Positions 50,876 to 63,301 of a stretch of 64,000 nucleotides of DNA are shown here, one piece after another. The position numbers and the translations under genes are program-made. Source of the stretch: Phoronis australis (taxonomy: Eukaryota > Animalia > Phoronida); NCBI GenBank assembly GCA_002633005.1, contig NMRA01001025.1, positions 4,893 to 68,892 on the forward strand, given 5' to 3'. Position 1 is the stretch's first letter. Each line of letters begins with the position of its first letter. The notes below the pieces were generated by a model. That model saw only the letters and a list, made by a program, of their open reading frames with translations. It made no database searches and was not told the origin of the DNA.

Positions 50876-50977
50876 AGGGAGGGAGGGAAGGAGGGAGGGA
50901 CGGAGGGAAGTAGGGAGGGACGGAGGGATGGAGGGGGGAGAGATGGAGGGGGGAGGGAGAGAGAGACAGACAGAGAG
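50876..50977. repeat. Purine-rich (GGAG)n/(GA)n simple repeat
   Basis: Directly visible. Confidence 0.9.
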
Positions 50978-52394
50978 ATCTTAATACTACCAAAGAATGC
51001 AGGAAGTCTTGAGGTGTAATGAAGAAACATATAAATGCAAGGAGTGTGGAATTTATTTCCAATAATAGAATTACAGTGTACATTTCTAATATATGTAAAA
51101 ACAGATGTTATATCAATTTCTTAATCAAAGTTTGAAAACTATGACGGCAATAAAACAGCTATTTATAGCGAAAATGGCAATTGTGAAATATTTAGAGTCA
51201 AAACCTCTGATGGAGTTTTATTTCGGTAAGCAGCGAGTCCATGTATGAATCTCGTGTGGATAGAACGAATTTCGAACACATTTGTCCCTCTTGTAAATAA
51301 AATATATCTGCCTTGATTTACGGGCTACATGCATGCAGTACAGACAAAGTGAAGCAATCGTTCAATAGTTAGTTTCCTCAGGTAAGGTGTGGTAGGTTAA
51401 CCAGGGCAGATCTTCGTATTACGCATTATGTCATTGCATAAATCACAGTCACAGACCTAATTTACGCCGACAGGAGGCACGATCCAAAACGAGGCTCGCT
51501 ACGATAGCTCTGTTGGCTCTTCGGCATAGTTGTATTCCGCGATGCTCGAACGGCTAGAAAAAATACGGACACTGTCTGTTCTACAATCCCTAAGGACGTT
51601 GACATTTGGAAGCGTTTCGTCGTTGCCATATGCCGCAACGAAGGAAAATATGTCCGGTGTGAAATTTATAATTGTTTTCCAAAAGTTAGATTATATTCTG
51701 GGACATCATAAAAACAACCGCAGAATCCTCGGCCAGCCAGGCTGGGTTTTCATGACTACGGGTTGAAACGTGATGTTTTTTCTTTTCAAAAAGGACAGAG
51801 TCCTCATTCCCTCGATTTTGGGGCCGAATATCGTCAAAATATATTTAATAACATCAACTATTCTTTCAGATCAATGACAAATCAACTATTAGTCCCGGTA
51901 GTCCCTACCTCACCAGTACCTAGGTTATGCGTGATTAACAAATTAAAGCAGATAAGACAAATTGCACATCACAGCAAAATGTGATGAGCCACCACTGTCT
52001 AACACATCTTCAACTCGTCAACAATACGAGCATATGACCTGGTTTGTGTAGAAAGCATTATCAACAAATTACAAGAAGAAACGTAACCCTGCATTCACCA
52101 TAATACCTAATCTGTAACACTACGATCGCCGCAATTTGGTCATATTTACTTTTTATGATTCGAACCTAGTTTTCCGAAAAATATACCCTTTCGTCAGACA
52201 ACTCTTTGGTACATTGACTTGTTCTCTAATGTATTTTTCTACGTCTCTCTAGGTAATTGCCGACACATTTTTACGATTTAATATTCAGGTTGGACTCGAA
52301 AGACCGACCATTTAACTCACGCAATGACAATTTCCGCTTTGTTTATCGCAGTCAGCCTCGCTTTGTATTTTAATGTGCGCAGCGTGAGTTAGGT

Positions 52395-53569
52395 CTATAT
52401 GACCTCGAGGTCTACGGCGTCCTCTATGAAGCCAATGTAGCATTCTTTTAACTTCACATCAACCTCGTTGAAGTTCTCTATTTTCGATTTCTGAGACAAT
52501 TCTTCGTATCTCTTCATGTATTCTTCTTTGCTTGTAGCCTCGTTTCTCATTTTTTGATAATTTTCGTATGTCTCTTGGCTAGCTAGAAAGAAGGGAATAG
52601 CCGTGATCCCCACAAGTATGCCCATCACGGCGGACTTTTTGAACATTCTTTTGACGACATCGAGCGTGAACTCTGGACACTCGAACTTAACATGTCGAAG
52701 AACGCTCATGAAGGTCGTGTGGTAGAGTTCTAGAAGTTCTTGAAGATGAGCTTTACGCAAGCTTCTTGAGGTGCTAAGAAAAAGAAAGTAGGCCAAGTCG
52801 CTTGTCGGTATAGAATACCGCACTACTTGCAGGTCGAGTAGGGATATTGCTACCGGCTTCTCATTTTCGTACCGAAACAGCATATTATTAACCCAACTGT
52901 CACCGTGACAAATAACACCAAATGACTCATCAGGACGGATGGCTATCTGGACCTCTTCAAGGACACGGTCTTGTATTTCCAACAATTTTCTGGCTCGTTC
53001 TTTGATTTCTGTTGACACTGAACTCGAGTTCTGCACGACATCCAGGAGGTCGCCAATGTTTTTTTTTCCACCCGTTTTCAACATATCTCCAAATACAGAG
53101 CCGAACTGTGCCTCGTGGAATACAAATTCGAAGTCTCGTCTCAGTTTTTTCACGTCTCTGTTCTTTAGGGCCAGCGTCAAGGCGTGCCAGGTTGCCAGTT
53201 CTTTCATAACTAACTTACAGTGGTCCAAATCAGCTCCCTGTCTCTTGTCAATCATGGTAAACCCCTTTGGTCTCAAATCTTTAACTATGACTATACCGGG
53301 TACATTCGTAGAATCTTCCCTTCCGTAGCAGAATATCGGTACTGACGGAACTATGGGTTTTATTCCTATATTCTCTTGCATCTGTATCAATGCTGGCACT
53401 ATCTTCGTATAGGCACCAATTTCTTTTTGAAATAATCGTGCTTTTAAAACCATTTCGCTCAGGTGTTCGTTCTTCTTAGTTGTCTTCACGATGAGGCTAT
53501 GCTCTTCTTCTGCGTCATCTCGCTGAGCTGTGACCTTGACACGAAGTACATAAGTGGCCATGTTGTCAC
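52395..53569 (-). CDS. Ecdysteroid kinase-like (EcKL/EcKinase, DUF227, choline-kinase-like fold) protein, exon 2; gene = complement(join(52395..53569,56912..57059)), 440 aa
   Basis: Minus-strand acceptor TTTTTCTTGCTTAG|GT, phase 1. Motifs GDN, SLIVK, LF.KE..Y, DL...GF, LA.WHA, Brenner-type HGDSWVNNMLF, DLQ and DLAYFLF. Stop TAG at 52395. Confidence 0.93.
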
Positions 53570-55206
53570 CTAAGCAAGAAAAACAGTCACGTTTGCACAT
53601 TTACCCAAGGCTATGAATAAATAATTTTGACTGCTAGTGATATATCTCATGAAAGCTAGAGTAAAAACCAATAAACATATACAATGCTCTTAGGTTGCAG
53701 CTTACTCATAAAGTAGGAGCGTCTAGTGAATGAATACCAATGCAGGTGATGACTCAAAACCAAAATCTACCGCACTTTATACAAGTACTTAATCTTTTAT
53801 CATACTCGCTCGTGTATTTACATGTACAATAGCCACAACCGACGTTTAATATGTTTTGGACTAAAGCTTGGGCTGCCAAAAAGGATTGCGGGATGGTGGT
53901 AATTTAAAAAAGCACCGCCAGAGGACGTAGATCAATTTATTATAGTACTGTAGTAATTCATGGTGCCAGACTGCTTTAGACACGAGAACATCGCAAAAAA
54001 TCCAATATCTCACGAAGCTTAGCGAGATTGTAAAGAATGGATAATTGTGAATATAGTCTGTTACTTTGCTGGTGTCAGTGTTCAGCGATTGTTGCCGGGA
54101 CATTTATATGCAAATGAACTGCTGTGTTGGCCGGGCGCATTCAAATGTTCGACCTAGATGCGGTAGTCGAGAGCCAGCCGTGTCACAGTGTAGACGTGTT
54201 AGAAGCTGTTCACAGAAAGTGGAACGTTTGTGTCTACAGTATACTTTGGACATTCATCGGACAAAGATGATGGGGTCGAATGCTGACCACCACAAAAGAA
54301 TGTGCACTGACTGTGTGAAATAAGATGTACTTTTGACTCAGTAACATTAGTTTGGGGTGCCACGTGGAGAGTGGGGTTCCCAGACGAAACTTATTAATTG
54401 TGTGTAAATGTTCGTTTTTTTAATGTTGAAACTTCATTAAATAGTATTTCTTTTAAACTTAATTTTTCTATTAAATTGTCTCATTAAAGTCACGTCGTGA
54501 CAGAGATAACGCCATCTAACACAATGTAAAACGTAGCACGTGTTCACATTACGTCTCGGGGTTTATCACAGATACGATTGACCAGGTAGCATCCAGGCAC
54601 CCAAATCAACTACCACCTTGGCGACGAGAGGAACTCCAGTTAGACACTTTTTGAATTCTGGATTAGCATTCAATAGATTTCTTGCCGCGGTTGAATTTAC
54701 CTCGTAGAAACTGGCTGCACGTTTTCAGTTTTGTACTGCGTTTGAAGGCTACGAATGACCCTTGTGTGATTTACGAGTGTTCTAAATGAAAAAATGCTAG
54801 GTGTGAACCCGTAGATTAATTTTGCGCAGTCGCGGTTTTTCCGAAAGCTCTTCTACAAGAAAGTGCGAAGTTGAAATTTATCACTAAAATTCGGATTGCT
54901 CTAAAACCCCTCGACTCCGACACCGCATGACCCACTCGAACCACGATCCCCTTGACCCACAACCCCCACGACTCGACCCACGGCCCACACTGCCCTCGAC
55001 TCAGTCTACACAAGCTCGACTCAGTTCAAACATAAAATTAGCACTGACTTGCAGGACCAACGAGTCGTGCCGTGAGGTCGGCTGGCTTTTCCCTGTTTTT
55101 TGCAATCTAAAGAGTCGATTCGGCAATCTTGAAAACCAAAAACAGAGGAAAAAACAACGCCAACAAATTAAAGCCTTACCAACGTTACAAATATCGTTCT
55201 CGGTAA

Positions 55207-55539
55207 AGCTATGGTCACAACCCGCCGTGCGTGTTTATTGTTCGTACGTTTTCTGCGGACTCCACGGGCACCACGTTTTTCTGAAAACGTGAGTAGGGAG
55301 TGGCAAGCGCAGGGAGGACGTACGTCACACGTACTGCCGTGAATCTGTAATGCGAACGCAGCTTGCACGCAGAGAAAGTTCTGCATGCACTAAAAGTGCT
55401 ACGTCGTGTCTGCGTTCTCCTGCGTATTCACCAAAACGCACGGAGGCCGTACTTGCCACGTACGGATCGCCAAATTTCCCCCACGTTTTTACACGTAGAC
55501 AGCACGCACTTGCACGTACGGCGGGTTGTGACCAAGGCT
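55207..55539 (-). mobile_element. PIF/Harbinger-like MITE, inverted near-identical copy of 23919-24252, in the EcKL intron
   Basis: TAA|AGCTATGGTCACAACCCGCCGT ... ACGGCGGGTTGTGACCAAGGCT|TCA. The ORF-track peptides of the two copies are almost identical. Confidence 0.88.
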
Positions 55540-56593
55540 TCAAGTGTAATCGTCTCGTTTGCTCTTCAGTGAATGACAGATTCAAGATTTTTTAGAGAGC
55601 GCGAGGAACTAAAGAAAATATTGTTTCTTCTGAATACAGTTTTAAAAACAAATTGTTAACTAAAAAGTATCTCAACGTTACATGAGTTATCTTGTAAACG
55701 AGTATACAACAAAAAGCAAACAATAAACATGTGAACATACTTCCATTCACGTTAACGTATACTCTCGCTAAGTTTAGTAAACAGGGCCATTGGTAGCTGC
55801 TCGTAAAACTATTTCCGTGACAACGATAAGACGCTCAAAATCCGCTATTTCAGAACGTGTTCTTACACCACTTTCTGTTTTTAACCATCAGACTTGAGCC
55901 AGAGCAGATTTGCATGTAAGTGGGTCGAGGGGGTCGTGGGTCGAGGGGGTCGTGGGTCGAGGGAGTCGTGGGATGTGGGGATCGAAGGGGTCTTAGAACA
56001 GTTCCAAAAATAAAATTCGGGTGCCCTCCAGACACTTTGAAGCTGTGAAAATTTTGTGCATGATTTCCGATAAGAGAATTTTGGCGGTCTGAAAGCACCG
56101 TCTCTAAATTCACACATTGTAGTAATTGCGTGGTGGCTTTGGGACTGAAAAATCACGTTTTTAAATGACCGGCTGCATTTGCGGTAGTAGTAAAGAATGC
56201 AAAATTCACTTTGGAACCTGGTCTTTGTGCGATATTGGGACAGTGTGCTTTCATATTTTCAGGGTTTTTCATACCCTTCGCTTCAGTGGAGTGGAGCTTT
56301 GCAGTTACGGTTTCTCAAGTCCAAACCCAACAAACATTGCAATTGAGTGTCACCGTGGAGGATACGTAGCTCGCAAATACATGCTATGGGATGCTCACAC
56401 ATAGATTTTCGCTATCTGTAAAAGATATAGTTAACGGCACAGGTGCCTAAGTCAATTTTTCCAGGTAAGGAACTTGCCGTAATGGCTCACCAATATATAT
56501 TTAATGTTATACCCCTGCATGGTAAAGAACACGTTAAATTTTAATCAGTAATTTGTTCCAGGATTTATCTACAAAAAGGTTTTCGGAATTGGT

Positions 56594-56750
56594 GCTGAGT
56601 AGACTGACCGCCCATCAAATTGTGCCGAGTATACTTGTACTGGCCACCAATCAGATTGTGGCGGGTATATTTGCCGCCCAACGAATTGTGCTGCGATACT
56701 AGCCACTCATCAAATTGTGCCGAGTAGATTGGTCACCTATCAAATTAGTG
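56594..56750. repeat. Degenerate minisatellite (about 30-37-bp unit, CATCAAATTGTGCCGAGTA core) in the EcKL intron
   Basis: Four to five recurrences of (C)ATCAAATTGTG(C/G)CG.GTA. Confidence 0.75.
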
Positions 56751-56911
56751 CCCACATTCCCATTAACAGCGACTTTGACTAAATGGTTTTTCCCTGCATA
56801 ATATTAGAAAAACTATAAAAATATGTCAATGTTTTGCCAATGTGTATGGCCATACATGTAGTACTAGCTTTATAATGCGGAAGATAGTGGATTTCACGTT
56901 TCATGGCTTAC

Positions 56912-57059
56912 CTATCTTTGACGCCCACTCTGTTGTGAAATTCTTTACGGTAATATTTTCCGTTCCTTCTGACTTTCGTATTGCCTCTTCAAGTATATCT
57001 GTTGTTATCACTTGCACTACTTCCGAGATGTTTCTGCTTTCTGACACAGAATCGGCCAT
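56912..57059 (-). CDS. EcKL kinase exon 1
   Basis: ATG at 57059. MADSVSESRNISEVVQVITTDILEEAIRKSEGTENITVKNFTTEWASKI(G), donor G|GTAAGC, phase 1. Splicing creates the family-typical A..GDN start. Not present in the ORF track. Confidence 0.88.
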
Positions 57060-60000
57060 TACGGATGTACATGTACAAGTCGCGAAAACTGAGCAAACGA
57101 AAACACGTGTGGTGAATAAGGCCGTGTATGAGAGTGAGTTAATCAGGTGATTTCAAAGTCGAATAGTTGATAACAGATTCTTGTTATCAAATATTCGCAT
57201 GCATATCGGAGCAATCAGTATTTCTTGACCTACTGAGCCTCAAATTTAGATGTACCCGCCAATAAGGCTGATAAAATTTTCCAAAACTCGCGGGAAATGG
57301 GGCTATTCGGAGAATTCTCCTCGCGGTGTCGCTGCTGTACTAGTGGTGATTGAATTGCGCATGCGTGGCTGTCTGCATGTAAACAACTGGTAAAAGATGG
57401 AATTTTTATCAAAATACGTCGTCGCGCTAAGCCTTATTACTGCTAATTTCCTTGGTGCAAGTCTTCGACAGGAGGCCACAAATTTCCAAAAGACCTAAGG
57501 TTACTATATTCGTGGACAACTGCGGTCAACAGGGTCAACTAACTGACAAAAAGTGTGTGGATGCTGAAGCCCCGTCTGTGCTCTATGTCTAAGTATGACT
57601 ATGCAGTTCCATTCGGAGACTACACAACATTACTTGGTAAGTTTTTAGCAATCAGTTTCTATCAACATCGTTCGGTGATGTTATCCCCACCAGTTACCCC
57701 CACTGAATAACAGTTTTATTGAGTGGAACTAAGTGTTTCTTTTTGGAAACTCACCCGATGCCGGGTAGGCTTGCAGCACATATTGTCCTGGGTGGGAGTG
57801 CTCCCAAAATAAGAGGTGTATGGTACGTGATGCACAGAAGTCAAGAGTGACTTTTTCACAGCAGTTTCTCTTCAAAACTATGCTGTTTCCAATAAAATTC
57901 TCAAGATGAGTGAGTTTCCTTATTTTATCGTGGACCCCACCCCCAGGACCACCAGCTCAGTTATCGAATTAACATGGATAAGCCTTAATTCAGTAAATGT
58001 CGTAACATTGCATTGGAAAAAAATTGACACCTAGAATGAATTTTACTTGTTGAGATCAGAAGCACATTTTAAGTGTCGTGAAAAATACACATTGTTAAAT
58101 CACTTTTAGCCTGTTTCACATATTTTTATGTAGATATTAAATAAGACTTGGGTACAAAGGTTATCAGTTTCTACACATAAACATGAAGATGAAATGTCAA
58201 GTATGTTCTGCCTTACAAAAGCAGTTTTGTCTTGTCTTTTCTTTTACAATTTGCTAATATTTCTATTCTGTTACAGGCAAGAAAAAACAACTGAAACCAA
58301 CCGCCTGACCATCTATTTCACCGTTGGACAAAGTGAAAAGCAATCCTTCAGCAATAACCTGAGAGAATTGAACGTAATTCAGTAATTCAGCACCTGATAT
58401 GCCTGATTATGGACTCCCTCGCAATGTTTCTTTCTGTGCTTTTTCAGTTTGCCATTTGTTTTTAAATACACTGATAATTGTTTATTCTCGAATCTTGTGC
58501 ATAGCAGCTAGCTACAATTGAAAACATACAATAAGACAATCGATGCAGTCACTGAATGTCATTTCCCCATAATCTGTACCAAATTGAAAAGTTTTTACCA
58601 ATAGTATAAAGCCTTTCTTCTGAAAGGAAAATTTAATGTCACTCAGCTTTTGGCTTTCATTTCACTGGGTTCTAGTTTCAATGGCCTATAGAAGCGCTTG
58701 TAAAAAAGGTCCAGTTTCAACACGTGGCTTTCTTTCATGTAACCTCATTCAGCCTCAATAACATCCACAATTAGACCCTTGAAGGTAAACACAGCAGCAT
58801 ATCACTTGAATCGTTTTGAGCCCAAAATCAGACTCTGAACTAGACCAGAGTGTGACTAGGTCTTCTTTAGCTTCAGTCCCTCATGTTTCTTCCAGGAAAG
58901 GAAATAAGCTATTGTCCACACATGACTCATTGCCTATGAAAGGGCATCCTCACCAACAAGGCTTATTTGTGTAGCAGTCAGATATAGTTCGTCTGGATAC
59001 ACAGACACTCCACTGGCACATTGTCTTATGGTAACTTAGTACTGCGATTCACATTTCTCCAGGGCCACTGACTTGCACATTGTGCCATGCAGCACTGCTG
59101 GTGTGTGGAAGTGCTGTGGGAAGAGAACGGAGTAACAAAGCTTGTCTATGATACAGCTTGAAGTGGCCTTAAAATGTCACTGAACCTGGAACAAATATTG
59201 AAATATGAATAATTAAGTACTCCAGATTGGATCAAAAATGTTATCCCTGTTTTTCAAAAATATATGGTGATTGGTCTACAGTTTCACATAAAAGTAAATA
59301 ATTACTATTTTCAGAAACCAAGGGTGTATATAATGAGTATTGCATAAAACTGTGTCTTTATTTTTTATCCCTAGCCATAACAATTCTTTAAACGCATCAC
59401 TTGTCTGTAAAATATACAAGTTTTTTGAGACAACTTCAAACCTTTGTTACCCATTTTCAAGCCTTTTTAATTTTGATACTTTCAGCAATTTTAAACTCAG
59501 ATTACAGGTTCATGGGTCTGTCAAGCATACTTCTAGCCTAAGGTTGAGGGAACCGTTTTTCTTCTAATAGAAGATATGAAGACTTGGGTCATTTAAAAAT
59601 GATGGATAATCTTTCTGTTGTTTAAGAGTAATTACAAATCGTAAGGCACCATCAAAAATGCAATTTTCACAAAAATGGCAGTCATTTGAATTTATAACGA
59701 CTTGCAACATTTCAAGGCATGAGTTAAGACTATTCAGTCACTGTGAATTCGGAAAATGTAATATATTTTCGTGGTTTTACAATTGATACAAGTAGCAAAA
59801 CAGTTTCATGAAATCAACTTGAAGGGACTTCGTGAAGGTTAAGAATTACCTCACCATGCTCTTTTCCCCAAACATGTATTACCTGTTATTTCCACACATT
59901 CAGTTGTACCAAATATTACAACCCCCCATGCCAATCCCCCCTCGGGACCTGAATAAGTAATTTAACAAAATGACTTTAAAAATAGCTGTTCCTTTTCAAA

Positions 60001-61074
60001 GGCTTTGTTCGTTGTCTCCAATATTGAAAGTAGGCTTTGACAACAGATCTGCACTGGATGGGAAGATCTTGTTGGTTAGCTGCAGTCAAATGCTAAAAAC
60101 CAATTTTTGTCCATTCAGGGACGGTGCAGAAGCGATGCATATCTCCTCTGCACGGTACAAGCCTTCAAACCTAAAAACCAAAGGTTACGTGAAAACTGAC
60201 GTGATAGATTTCCATTTCAACGTGTAATAGATTTCCAGAAGACATATGATAGGGAGTAAACAAATAGTCTAATGCAATGGATATTTATCACTCACGTACC
60301 CTTTGCCATTGGGATTGGATTGTAATCTTAACTCATTAACCTGTATCGAGTTGACAGCATAAACATTCAGCATTGATTGATGTAACTGTCACTGATAAAC
60401 TTTTAGAAATCATTCCAAACAATAATAATGCTTTGATGTACGAAAAGATCCCGATTGCTACGTCAAGTATCGTATCACATATCACAACATACAAAGATTA
60501 ACCAGACTCTGGCTGGCGACTGACTGCCGCGAAGTCGACATCGGCGAGTGCCTCAGTTAACAGGCATCGGAAGAATAATCATGGAATAATCGTTAAAATA
60601 ATCACAAATCTTACCTTTGTATGAGGTCGTGCTTACTTCCTCTCATAGAAGCACCCTTTTTACGCAATCTCAGATTCAGTTGGCGCGGCTGCAAGCCATA
60701 TCACCATGTATTTAAAGGGCTCGCGAAATCGAGGCTGTTAATCTATCATCACTAGTACACGCACGCCCTCTAGTTATTGAAGATTTTCCGAATAGCCCCA
60801 TTTGCCAGGGGATTCCTTCTGTGTCTCAAGAAGTCAACAAATTGAAACTTGTGCGTGGCTAGCATGTTATTGTTTGATCTGTGGATCATTGATGAAACTC
60901 AAGGTTAAACGTTAAAAGGATACCAAACCGCGTTCTGTCACCTGCTAATGCATTATTGCAAGTTAAACGCAGGAATCAACTAAAAACTCATACATGTACC
61001 CCTATCCAGGCCCGTAGGAAAACAAAAATTATTGGCGAGGCACAAACCAATTCGACTTCGCAAACCACCCCACC

Positions 61075-61229
61075 CAGTGGCGGATTTAGAGGGGGTTCAG
61101 GGGGGCCATGCCCCCCTAAAATTTTCTTAGATTACATTTGGCGGTTCGAGGGTGTGAATGTCTGTCGGGCAAAATCCTGGCTAATGCTCTGTGCTACCCC
61201 CCCCACTCAAAATCCTGGATCCGCCCCTG
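61075..61229 (+). mobile_element. Short hAT-like MITE
   Basis: TIR CAGTGGCGGAT / ATCCGCCCCTG. Body shared with 40298-40454. TSD not clearly preserved. Confidence 0.75.
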
Positions 61230-63147
61230 GCCACTCCTATTGCCACTGCCTCACCCACTCTCCCGATACCGCCATGTTTGGACCGAATCTCCCGGGGAAG
61301 CAGCCATCAGTTGTTGAGTAACCGCGAACCAATGGCAAAGTTTCGCGGACAGTAAGAATGGGCCTTAGGACCGCGCACTGACGGGTAGGTGGGAGCTGCC
61401 TCGTACCAGAACTCTACTGACAGAGTGAAAATGCAAAAGTCGATGAATTAAAGTTAATCGCCGGTCAGCTCAGCTATGATCCACTTGAGAGATACAGTCG
61501 TACCTATCCATCTGCGCTGATTCTATGGTAAAGATCCGTTTTATTGTGATCCAGTTTCGGGAAAACTTCGTTTTATTATGGTCATTCTTTGAAAGAATTT
61601 TTTGAAAAGATGAAGTCCCGAGGTCCCTGATGGGTGTAGTGCCACCGGGACTGTTTCACAATCCCTTGTTGAAGCACTGTCGGTAGTCCAGTTTCTGGTG
61701 GGTGGAGAAAATGTCCCAAAAATGGACACACTTCAACGCCTGAAGTTCATATTTAATTCCCGTGGATCACTGGTCCTACTACATGGTTACATCTTATTTT
61801 TAACGTGGGTGCCTCAGTCACGACGTGCTTCATCTGTGTAGTATGCAAGGAAATGCAAGCAAACGATTCAGATTTCAAGAACAAATAGTCATTGTACAAT
61901 ACTACTGGAAACTAAAAACATCAAGGAAGTGCACAGATAACCTTTACAAGTTAAAAGCAAAGAGTTTAATTTCATTTATTTTTCGATCTCGGTCCTAAGT
62001 CAATAAAAAAATTATCGTCATTTGAATTTTAAGAACATTTAAGGACACTGTAGAACTGTCATCAGTTGATTTTCGTAGAAACATAAACATTTAAATCAGA
62101 AATCAATAATCGATTATATGAGCAATGCGTTTACGTTGATTTGATGACTCGATTCCTTTTTGGTCCCTTGTTTGTGGGTTTAAACGACACAAAGCAACGC
62201 ATTGATTGGCGTTTGAACAGTGAGTATATTTTTGGGAACTGTCCGAGTTTCATCAAAAACCTTGAGCTCACATTGCATGTTTGAGACAGCTCAACTCAGT
62301 TCAGTTTTATACCTCGGGTAATTTAATACCATCGGACCGGCTCACACCCTGTCACAAGCACAAAACATTTTGAGAGACTGAGTCACGTTGTTGGCAGTCG
62401 TGGTGGAAACTGCATGTTTGACAGGGGCTGTGAAGAGCATGTCAGCTTCAAGTTGAATAAAAAGAAATCTTGAAATGTATCGAGTGTAACGCAAGATCTT
62501 ACTGGGGTAAAATCCTGACCTCACTAACACACAATTGCAAAATGTCAGCAATATTTATGCTGAATTCTGGGAGTATCATTCTTTTTCCGGCAGTGCTAGG
62601 GTTTCTGGGCTGCTCAGATGTGTTCTATCTGAGGGTGGAATACGCACTCGTCCAAGTCACTCATCTTGTAGTATATAACCCATTGAAGATTTTTCGCTGA
62701 AATTGTCCTGCGACATCCTATATCATGCAAGTATCGTTATGTTTGGGTGCATTAAACTCATTTACGAAGCTCTCAACCTTCTACGTGGAACGATGAGAGC
62801 GTTGAACTTAATTTTTACGTAATATGATTAGGCTTTTGGGAACTCAACACACTCCAATACGAACAAACAGTTAACCGGCTAACATCTCAGTACCCCTAAA
62901 ACCCCAGTATCTACCTCCCTCCGTCACCATCCCTCCCCCTCCCGCTTTCTCCTTGTCCTTCCTCTTCCCTCATCCTTCCTCCCTCCTAAAACCAAACAGG
63001 CCACAAGAAGTAACTTTTCTTACAGAAAACAAGAGAGTATATAATACGAAGACAACTTTAAAGCTACCACAGTTTCGTTCATTCTCTTCAAGTATTAGAC
63101 ATTAAGTTTTCTTCCAGTCTGTTGGTATTTTTTCAACGTGATATATA

Positions 63148-63301
63148 CACAAAACGTACCGAGAGTAGAGTAGGTGAAGTAATATCCCACGAGACATTAT
63201 TCCGCGTATCGACCGAAACCGAAGGTCGAGGTTGATAGGCCTACGTGGAATGACGTCGAGTGGGATATTACTTCATGTACGCCAATTGAGGTACGTTTTG
63301 T
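63148..63301. repeat. Imperfect hairpin, probably part of a dispersed repeat
   Basis: CAAAACGTACC..TGAAGTAATATCCCAC / GTGGGATATTACTTCA..GGTACGTTTTG around a central ACCGAAGGTCGA, which also occurs at about 48466. Confidence 0.65.

Noticed and set aside
53570-53600. ORF-track start MCKRDCFSCL of the 401-aa kinase ORF
   Set aside because: This is the intron polypyrimidine tract and acceptor. The true N-terminus is exon 56912-57059.
56594-56750. CRISPR-like repeat/spacer appearance (also 1284-1352)
   Set aside because: Eukaryotic intron context, degenerate units with no unique spacers, and no cas genes. These are ordinary minisatellites.
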